DNA of 62,445 nt, counting the filler, from Globobulimina sp. (Eukaryota), in assembly GCA_003354225.1 (NCBI GenBank). It is 26 parts of 26 records of this genome, joined end to end, with 100 filler letters (N's around TTAATTAATTAA, not from the genome) between each part and the next. Parts side by side here need not be neighbours in the genome. Positions count along the whole stretch, not along the records: positions 48,121 to 50,425 come from PIVH01007506.1; positions 50,526 to 52,829 come from PIVH01007507.1; positions 52,930 to 55,233 come from PIVH01007508.1; positions 55,334 to 57,637 come from PIVH01007509.1; positions 57,738 to 60,041 come from PIVH01007510.1; 21 more parts are not named here. One strand, 5' to 3'. Below are positions 48,396-58,115 of the stretch, in pieces. The notes under the pieces were generated by a model. It made no database searches, was not told where the DNA came from, and saw only the letters and a program-made list of their open reading frames with translations. The translations under genes were made by a program, and so were the position numbers. Positions within the stretch are counted from its first letter, which is position 1. Every line of letters starts with the position of its first letter.

Positions 48396-49882
48396 ATGTC
48401 GAATGTCAACAAGTCGGATCTCACATTCAGAAGGATATCAACCGCCAATAAAGCACAAACAAAATCTGTAACTAAAATACCAACGCATTTAAGAGTTAAA
48501 CTACCCGTCCTTCCATCAAACATAATACCCCCAAACCATACAATATAGAATGCGCCATTATACCAACAAATCCATTGGTCAAATTGCGTCATTGTTTTTG
48601 GAATACCCTTATTAGCCATTTATGGTTTATTCACCACCACCATTCAGTTCAATACTGTCATATTTGCATTAATTTATTATTTCTTCACAGGTTAACTTCC
48701 ACCGCACATCCTCTTAAACAAAAACACAACAAAAACAAACAAAAAAAGGAATGGGTGTTACCGCTGGATATCATCGATTATGGTCCCATTGTTCGTACAC
48801 CGCCTCCACATTCGTACAGTCAGTATTAATGATCGCAGCCAGTGGTGCCTTACAAGGCTCAGCCAAATATTGGTCACTTTTGCATCGCGCACATCATCGT
48901 TGGACCGATACTGAACGCGATCCATACAATTTCCACCGTAGTTTCTGGTATGCTCATTTTGGTTGGCTTTTATTCAAAACGGAGCGTATTGAACATATAT
49001 CCATTTTGGATTTAAAACGAAACGCAATCATTGAATGGCAACATCGCAATTTTCCCTGGTTTGGCCCTTTTATGACTCTGATCGCGCCGGCAATCTTTGC
49101 CTGGTTATTTTGGAACGATTTCCGTGGTGGTTTTTACATTGTGGGTGCTCTAAGATGCGCCATTTTGCATCAAGGGACCTGGTGTGTCAATTCCGTGGCG
49201 CATTCGAGCATTTTCGGTGGTCAGCAAAACTTTGATGATACCATCACGCCGCATGACTCCGTCATCACTGCCTTTCTAACTTTTGGTGAAGGATATCATA
49301 ACTTCCATCATGAGTTTCCCAATGATTTTCGAAATGGCGTAAAATGGTATCATTATGATCCAAGTTTCGGAATATTTTTTTTTCATTTTTGCCCAGTTTT
49401 TTAGTGTACGAAGGTTTTTTCGTTTTTCATTGTTGCATGGCGACTAAGTTTGTTTCTATTTGCTTTCAGCGAAATGGTTTTTGCGTTTTTGTGGCTTGGT
49501 TGGCTTAGTGGGTGAGTTAAATGAATGCAATGATAATGAGATCAAACGAGGTATGTTGGATATGAGAGAGAAGAATTTATTGCGGGAGAAAGCCTCTGTG
49601 GATTATGGTGTGGATGTAAGAACATTGGCGATTTGGACGATGGAGGAATATGAAAAAGAATTAGAAATGAATAAATCGAAGAATTATGTTATTTTTAATG
49701 AGGTTATACATGAGATTCCAGAGAGATTTGTCAAAGAACATCCTGGCGGAATGGATAGGATTAAAACAAGAATTGGTGCAGATATTACCGATGTGTTCAA
49801 TGGGGCGATTTATAATCATTCAAATGCTGCAAGAAATATATTGAGTCATTTTAGGGTGGCACGCATTTATCGTAGTAATTAA
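48396..49882 (+). CDS. OLE1: Delta-9 acyl-CoA desaturase with C-terminal cytochrome b5 (Ole1 type); introns 48691-48748 and 49364-49469; in-frame TAG at 48546
   Basis: His boxes HRLWSH, HRAHH, HNFHH; YDP|TKW; b5 heme ligands HPGG and HSNAA. Confidence 0.93.
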
Positions 49883-50173
49883 TATTTTTGTACATTATTA
49901 ATTTTAATATTGCTGGAATTGTGGATATCTTTTTTTCATCGCTTTTTGTGAGTGGTATAAAAGAAAAGAAATACAATGACAGCTTTGTAGTTAGTATTCT
50001 ATGTAATAATTATTAAATATGCTATTTATACTTTACTTGAAAGGTTTTCACAGAAAAAACAACCTAAATGTAACATTTTTTCGTTGGTTAAATCCGAGGA
50101 AAGGAAAAGCAGCTACATTTAAATTAATGACGTTTACATTACATCTACAATTAACAAAACAGAATGATTTCAT

Positions 50174-50425
50174 TCACTCTAAATTTTGCAAGATTGTTTG
50201 CAAACGAATTTTCCAGTGATTTCCAGTGCATACTTCAACAATATGCACATATTCAAGAACAACAAATAAAGCCATTAATCGTATCACAGAATCTGGAACA
50301 AATTCATTCTCACAGAATTCTGTCAATTTCCAAATACTTCGAATATATCCAAACACCAAACATTCCAATTCCATTACATCTCCATTCAAACAAACACAAA
50401 CAAAATCTTTAGCTGGACTTACAAT
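50174..50425 (-). CDS. Small protein or fragment with an LVFGYIR..VPDSVIRLM motif
   Basis: Same motif class as in 4822-5934. Confidence 0.45.
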   Translation of the reverse strand: MVSPAKDFVCVCLNGDVMELECLVFGYIRSIWKLTEFCENEFVPDSVIRLMALFVVLEYVHIVEVCTGNHWKIRLQTILQNLE

Positions 50426-50525
50426 NNNNNNNNNNNNNNNNNNNNNNNNNNNNNNNNNNNNNNNNNNNNTTAATTAATTAANNNNNNNNNNNNNNNNNNN
50501 NNNNNNNNNNNNNNNNNNNNNNNNN

Positions 50526-50768
50526 AAGTTGTGGGCCCATCTTAAACTTTCGCATTCTAGCATAATTAATTGTTAATAATTTGTTTGTCTTTTTAACTTT
50601 AATGTTTCCTAATGATGATACTTCATATCGTAAAAAGTCGGGAGCATCAATCCATTGTTCTGTTTCAGTTGATGTGTATCTTGACAATTGTGATATTAAT
50701 GATTGATTCAAGCACCTATGTCTAACTAGCACAAAAGCAAGCATCTCAAGCTGGAATTGTTTCAACAT
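50526..50768 (-). CDS. NUMOD4-motif protein (HNH endonuclease-associated) N-terminus with a presequence-like leader; 3' truncated
   Basis: EQWIDAPDFLRYEVSSLGNIKVKKTNKLL matches the NUMOD4 W..ipg...YeVSnlGrv pattern. Confidence 0.65.
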
Positions 50769-50829
50769 GGCCTCATGCTTACTGTTCCGCACAAGTCGCA
50801 GTCTCAACTCATACATAAATCACTATTCA

Positions 50830-52654
50830 ATGTACTCATCGTACATTACCAATTCACTCCGAAATTGCACGATATTATCGACACCAAAATCACCAAACAA
50901 CTCATCAGCAACAGATAACCCTTCAGCAAGTAATATCACAGACAGATTAACCGGAACATCATCTCATTCATTTATAGACATAATGAACCCATCGCGTGTT
51001 GGTAAAGTCACAGACATAACAAATACAATAGCCACCATTGACGGGTTCACCTCCGCCAAACCATACAGCATAGTTGAATTTGATAACGGTGTTCGAGGAC
51101 TGGTACTTAATGTATATTCATATGGGTGTAAAATTGGTATAATTGACAATGCAAAGCATAACAACAAATTATTAAAAGTATCCGATATGATCCGATTGGA
51201 TAAAATTGAAAATATTGACATGAAATCACCAGCCACTGTTGTTGGACCAGGAATACTCGGCCGTATTGTTGATGTATTTGGTAATGACTTTACTGACGAA
51301 CCAAATGACAACAATAAAAATGAGAAATATGTACTACCAATTTATAACGTAAATTTATTTCCAAATTCTAAATATATAACACATTGGAATACCTATTCTC
51401 GTGTCAGACAACGCATTCATACCGGAATCAAATCCATTGATACGTTTTATCCCTTTGCCTATGGATTAAAAACCGCTATTATCGGTACAAATATCCATAG
51501 AAAATCCGAATTAGCCATTGATATCTTATTAAGTTTTGTAAATCATAACCAATCAACAGAAAACATGCGAGAAAGTTATGTTTTTATGTGTGAAATTTCT
51601 TGAAAATGATTGCAATGTTTTTCAAATTTCAAATTATAACACAGAAATGTTTGGTATTTATGTGATGATTGGTAAGCCCGTCGAGGAAATATGGCGATTA
51701 TACAACATATTGGCAGAGAACGGAGCATTGGAATATTGCACCATTGTCGTGTCACGTAATGATGATTTGTTATGTAAACAGTTACTGACACCATACAGTG
51801 GAGCAGCAATGGCTGATTTTTATAAGTTTTATGGCATGAATAGCTTCATCATTTACGATGATTTCACAGTGCATAATCGGATATGCAATGCTGTATATTG
51901 TGAATCATTGGGATTGATGAATTATGGCAATTGGAGTGGCGAGTTATTGGAGAGATCGTCACAACTAAATAGCAAATATGGCAATGGGTCATTAACGTCG
52001 CTGTGTATTGCAGATAGAGGGAAGACCGCAGCAGTTGGAGATGATGAAATATTTTATAATTATTTGCCGTATTTAATGAGCCACGTTGACCAACATATTA
52101 TGCTTTGCGATGAATCATTTAATAACAATTTATTGCCGCCAATATCGCTATTTCCAGTGCCTTATGGACATATAAAAAATATACAAAAGAATGAAGTATT
52201 ATTGAAGTTGTCAGTAAATGTGAAAAGAATATTATTTCAATTTGTGGAGTTAGAGAGTGTGGCTAGAAACCAGATGGAGTTAAACATTGATTTGGAAGGA
52301 GATATTGAACGCATTGCGTCAAAAGTAAACAAATTGCAAGTGTTATTCACACAAAATGAAGAGATTGATGTCAATAAATTAATATTAATATTATTATCTA
52401 TCAATCATAAAATTGTTGAATATATTCATTTGGATAAAATACATTTATTTGAGAACAGATTATACGAATATTTTATTCCAAACAATAGTAAAAAATGGGA
52501 AAATGTTTGTGAGGAAATTGAAAAAATGGGGAATAAATATGACATTGATAATGCTGATATCGGTCATATGTTTCATGAATTTTTAGATGATAATCATGAC
52601 CTATGCCAACCAAATGCTTTGAGTCTACAAAATCTGCATACAGAACAATCATAA
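50830..52654 (+). CDS. Divergent nuclear F1-ATP synthase alpha-subunit paralog; intron 51575-51644
   Basis: VEFDNGVRGLVLN, VGPGILGRIVDVFG, TGIKSIDTFYP, IYVMIG, GALEYCTIV, LTPYSGAAMADFY, IIYDD, LLERS..GSLTSL. Confidence 0.88.
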
Positions 52655-52929
52655 ATTACAAATCAACATTTATGTTTTTGCTTAATATTCTGACAATTAT
52701 ATCAGTTTATAATAACGATGAAGTGAGTTTGTAAGGATGCTAAGACGTCGATTTCATCTCTGCGAGGTAAGTAACAAAAACGTTCACCCTATAATACGAA
52801 CATGGCCACTGTATTTGAAGTGTCTAATCNNNNNNNNNNNNNNNNNNNNNNNNNNNNNNNNNNNNNNNNNNNNTTAATTAATTAANNNNNNNNNNNNNNN
52901 NNNNNNNNNNNNNNNNNNNNNNNNNNNNN

Positions 52930-53823
52930 ATGCCATTACATGAATGGCAGTGGAACGATGTGAGTAAATTACACCTTGTGGTTTGCCGGTTGTTCCAGAA
53001 GTAAAACATACGATGACTCCGCTTCTTTCGTCCAAGTTTGGCCACATAAATGCTTTACTATTACAGCCACGCGATATTAATGTATCAAAATCAATTACAT
53101 CACAAACATTGGATAACGTTGTATTCCACTTTCCTGGCTGCATAATACGTGCATACCGGTATTATATATGTAAATATGTTCAGATATGGATATAGATATA
53201 ATTTAATTGTGCTTAACTGCTTCATTTTCACCACAAACTATAATCAACCGAATTGTAGTTAATTGTTGAAATGGAATCTTCTCGAAGAGAGGCAATAACA
53301 AGGCATCAATAAATATTATTTTATCACGAACATGATTTATAATATAAACTAAATCGTCAGGGAATAGTCGAAAGTTGAGTGCATTTAATAACATTCCCGC
53401 ACAAGCAGCGGCATAATGAATTAAGAAATGTCGACCGTTATTATACATAAAGGAAGCAACACAGTCACCCACACCAATGCCAATATTATTCAATGCAGAT
53501 GCTATATATGTGTTGATTATTGATAGAAAATTGAGAATGAGAAATATCGATCAACATGAAATGGCATACGGACCTAATTTTTTTCCTTGAGAAGAAATTT
53601 CTTTGTAACTTCGAAAACTATATCCACTCTCAATTTTTGTATAAACTCCACTGTTTGGTTGGATTAACGAGGCACGATTTATAAATGGTGTGAGTGATAG
53701 AGGATATTCTCTGTCTGGCATCGTTGAGGGATGGCCAAGCACATGATTTGATGCAGTCCCCTCATATTGTCGCAAACGTGTTTGCAGTTTTTTGATTCTT
53801 TTTTGTGCAGCTTCCAGTGCCAT
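52930..53823 (-). CDS. Bacterial-type medium/long-chain acyl-CoA ligase (DmdB/AlkK-like); introns 53502-53573 and 53138-53217; 3' truncated
   Basis: YPLSLT, GDCVASFMYNNGRH, LNFRL..YIINH, WPNLDE..CFTSGTTGKPQGVIYSHRS. Confidence 0.88.
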
Positions 53824-53870
53824 TATCTTTTAATTTAGATCCAAAAAACCAGCCTTGAAGTCGCGTCAGT

Positions 53871-55233
53871 ATGTCAAATGGATCGGAACAGAAAAAGGCA
53901 ATCATCAAGTTACCGAGTTTAGATTTATCGCTATTGGAACGTAGTGAGAGATTAGGTATAAAATATATTATTTTAACAATTCATATGAATATACACTCTT
54001 CCCACAGTAAAAGATGCACATTTAAGCGCAAAAGAATCTGCAAGATCGAGGAGGAGCATTCCATTATCTTCAAGAACATTTAGTACATTGAAATTAACAG
54101 ATGTCGACGAGTCCAATCGCATTAATGTTCAGAGCTCGAGCAGTGATCGGAAATATAGAAAATATAGAATACCACTCTCAAATAGATTGCCTCCACAAAT
54201 GACAGAATCATTAAACGAGAAAGCAATAAATACGTATCCATGTATGAGGAGTGCCAGAGCATACAATAAAGAACGAAGAAGATCATTAATTGTTGATAAT
54301 TCAAAAGAAAATCATGATTTTATATTGTCATTATTAGATTGTCGGAGAATGGAAGAATTAAAGAATGAATTTCAAAGTAAAAACCACGAACTACAATTCG
54401 AAGAATTCGTCCATGTGGTTTGGAAATTTATGAACGTGCAGAAAGGTAAAGAAACATTCGCGATCTGTGCCTTATTACAGTTGTTTGAAGATATTGATAT
54501 CAACGATGATGGGAAAATGCAATGGAGTGAGTTCAGTGATTTCTTAGCTGCCTCGCAAAGACATTCAAATGATTCCGATATTGATTTAGCTAAATATGAG
54601 ATTTGCAATTTTAAGAAACCGTTCAGTTTGCGAGGTTCCTCCATTCAGCAATTACAATATTCCTTATATTATGATGTAATCGCTATTTTAATGGCAAATA
54701 GTAAACAAATCACCATTTTTAATCATGAAAATAACCAAATTGTAAACACAATTAAAGGACATACAAATTATATAATAAGTTGTATATTTTTAGATGGTTT
54801 TAATGGAATCCCATTGCAACCAATCAACACAACAAGTCATAAAAATATGAAAATTATAATAGCGTCTTCGGGCTTAGACGAAACTATAATAATTTGGTTA
54901 ATAACCTCTACAAAAAAGAGGCCCACGCGGCTTCAAACAATATCTGTGAATTGTGTACATAACATATTATATTGGAGTGGCAAGAAATTTATTTCTGGCG
55001 ATATGAACCATAATTTATATATTTGGAACCGCAAAATTACAGAAATTATTTGGAAGAAAAACTACCACTCGGATATGATTATTGATATCATTGTAACACA
55101 GAAAACATCATTATTATTATCCGCGTCATTAGATACAAGTGTTGTTGCTTTTGATTTGAATAATGATAGAATTAAATTTAAATTAAATATCCATAAACGT
55201 GGATTAATAGCAATGGCATATAAACCCGCACCG
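53871..55233 (+). CDS. EF-hand + WD40 protein (WDR49/WDR64-like); intron 53956-54007; 3' truncated
   Basis: EF loop DINDDGKMQWSE; WD repeats KGHT..SSGLDETIIIW and HSD..SASLD. Confidence 0.85.
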
Positions 55234-55335
55234 NNNNNNNNNNNNNNNNNNNNNNNNNNNNNNNNNNNNNNNNNNNNTTAATTAATTAANNNNNNNNNNN
55301 NNNNNNNNNNNNNNNNNNNNNNNNNNNNNNNNNTT

Positions 55336-55677
55336 ATGAATAAATTAATTGTCGTGTTGTTAGCTATGCTCCCCTTATTAGCTTTGGGCGGAGGAACACC
55401 AACAAAAACATTGGGGCAAGTAGAATTGCGCGGAGATGTAGTATTAATAAGTACAAGTGAAGACAAAGGATGGGGAGATCCAGATGAGTGCGCAGTAGGT
55501 AATGGGTTTAAATCTGTAGCGCTTGAAAAAACACATGAAAGCTACGCAGAAATGTATTCTACGATATTAGCTGCTCGTTTAAGCGGTACAGATCTTTCTT
55601 TTTGGGTTACTGGTTGCTATGAGTGGGGTACTCACAAGTATCCTAAGATTTCAACTATTTATATTAGAAATAAATAA
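55336..55677 (+). CDS. Bacterial small secreted protein, integron-cassette-like ORF
   Basis: Signal peptide, WGDPDEC..YSTILAARLSG...FWVTGC; the ATG sits inside a (G)TTATGA core-like site; an attC-like site follows the stop. Confidence 0.75.
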   Translation: MNKLIVVLLAMLPLLALGGGTPTKTLGQVELRGDVVLISTSEDKGWGDPDECAVGNGFKSVALEKTHESYAEMYSTILAARLSGTDLSFWVTGCYEWGTHKYPKISTIYIRNK

Positions 55678-55678
55678 T

Positions 55679-55726
55679 CCATAACAATATCATTCACGGA
55701 ATTCATCCGTGATGAAAGCGTTAAGT
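55679..55726 (+). other. attC-like integron recombination site (48 bp)
   Basis: R'' CCATAAC, L'' ATTCACGG, 7-nt centre, L' CCGTGAT, R' GTTAAGT; 10-bp stem with one extra base. Confidence 0.7.
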
Positions 55727-55743
55727 TCCACCAAGGAGAACAA

Positions 55744-55862
55744 ATGCTAAAAATAGTTATCTTGCTCATAGGTGTTTTTATAAGCTCCTATCTAAGCGCT
55801 GCTGGTCCTGATAATTCTGGTCTAGGAATGTTTATATTACATAATCAAATTGACCTTCTTGG
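55744..55862 (+). CDS. 5' part of a second cassette-like secreted protein, cut by a chimeric junction
   Basis: AAGGAG RBS at 55733-55738; signal peptide MLKIVILLIGVFISSYLSA. Confidence 0.6.
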
Positions 55863-57612
55863 AGTATTTCTACTGCATTTCCCCCTTTTACAAATGTCCA
55901 ATCAATACATGTCACCGCAGATTTATGTCCAGTTAACGTTTTCAAATATTTATAACCATTGCCAGTATCCCATATTTTTGTGGACTGATCCTCCGATGCC
56001 GTGGCTAAATACCTCCCGCATGGACTATATACACACGACCAGATATCCGCAGCTTTATGGATCGAACCAAACTGTTTCTTATATTCTTCATCATCGGAAT
56101 TAACTGCAGGATGTGCCATAAATCGATTTAATAATTTTGTTTTATACTGATCTGTTTTTGAAAATTGAAAAGTAAATATTTCCCCACCATTGCTACCCAC
56201 ACTAATTATAATATCATCGTCTTCCTTAAATCCTTTATATTGATTACAAGTGGCTTCGTATTGATATTTATATCCTATGCAAGTTATTCCTGAATCACAA
56301 TTAAAAATGACTGGCAATACACTGTTGTTTTCATTTTCATTGTTATCGAATTTATATAAACATAATGAACCATCCAAGCAGCCAATAAATATAATATTTG
56401 TATTGGGAATCCATTTAATGGAACGTATCGACATTACACATGATTTCCTCATTAATGGTTTGCATTTATTATAATTTATATCTGTGTCATGTGACCAAAT
56501 ACATAGCGAACATCCTAAGTCGCCAACTGCTATGTATTCACATTTACCCTCGTTATTAAATGATAAATCGACGCCGCAACATGTTATGCTATGATACTGT
56601 AACGTTTCCATTTGTTGTTTCTGTTCTTTTTCCTCTGTTTTCATACATTGTAGATATACGCTGTCGGAACTTACGCAATATAAATAATTGTAATCATCGT
56701 TGTCATTTAATTTTATTTGCTGTAAAACATAAATGAATTCATTTGCCGATTTATATTTATATTTACATTCACATTTGACAACATCCCATAACTCAATGAC
56801 TCCGTTTTTTTGTGAAAATATAATCCCGTTTTCATGGTTAAAATTACACGCAATACACCACAAATTTGGTGATAAATCAGTATGTTTAATAATATTTATT
56901 AATTGTAATGTCACCGCATTGATAATGAATATCTCCTTATTGGAGGTCGCAATGGCAAGCATTTTGCCACTCTCATTTATGGCTATGGCAGCAGTCCATG
57001 TCCGGTTCATTGCATTGGTGAAACTTCCAATGAATAGCAACTTATTTTGGCTTAGTAATTCAATTATATTTGGATCGGTATTAAATGCCAATATTTGATT
57101 ATGTTTATTAAATAACGCATATCTGTAACCATCTATTTTGGTGGATAATAATTGCAATGAATAACTGTCATCTTTTTCATTATAATTTAAATTATATAAC
57201 GAAATAGTACAATCTTTATAGGTTGATTCATTTGATTTGATCTGTACTATTAATTGTTTTCCATCTTTACTCCAATCAATCTGTGGTTTGCCAGAACAAT
57301 ATGAATGGAATTTAATTAAATGAAAAACAAACGAAACTCTTGAAACAGGTTCGTTTTTTATACTTGCAACTGTTTGACACAATAAATTATAATTTTTGTC
57401 CCATATTTTTAGCATTGTATCATAGCCGCACGTCGCAATGAATTGGTTGTTATAATTTTGTATGGATGAAATTAATGCTTCATGCAAATAAAATGTATTG
57501 ATTCGTTCTTTAGTTTTAATATTCCATCTTGCAATTTGCGAACTGATCGGAATATCAATACAATATGGTTCATCCTGTACGGTGGATAAATCATAACACG
57601 CGGAATGAACAC
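55862..57612 (-). CDS. Eukaryotic WD40-repeat protein (truncated)
   Basis: IATCGYDTMLKIWD, LATASEDQSTKIWD, LTGHKSAVTCIDW. Confidence 0.9.
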
Positions 57613-58115
57613 CTAAGACTAATTAAATCAATTTGGTNNNNNNNNNNNNNNNNNNNNNNNNNNNNNNNNNNNNNNNNNNNNTTAATTAATTAANNNNNNN
57701 NNNNNNNNNNNNNNNNNNNNNNNNNNNNNNNNNNNNNAGTTCACTTAATCAGAGTGAGATAATGGGATGTTGGTACAGACAATGTTTAATATATCCGAAC
57801 CTATTTTCTAGCATGTATGTAACAACATATCATCGAGTGATTTGTTCAATAAATGCTGCTGCAAGTATAGGGAATGTTTGTGGGACAACTATTGAGCTAA
57901 TTTATTGTGGTGAGCAGTAATGAAAGAAACATAATCGGATTTTGCTGGTTCCATTCTTCTGCCAGAACGAACTTGTTTTGCTGCATAAAAAACCTGAAAC
58001 CTAAAACCTCTGCGATAAATACAGTTGTTTTATTATCACAAACAATATTTTATATTACAGATTGCATAATAATTACAGATCTTATGTGACTGTTTGTGCC
58101 GGTATCGTTTTCCTA

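Noticed and set aside
50766-50769. Divergent genes sharing overlapping start codons (CATG)
   Set aside because: The alpha paralog more plausibly starts at ATG 50830; this cannot be resolved without transcripts
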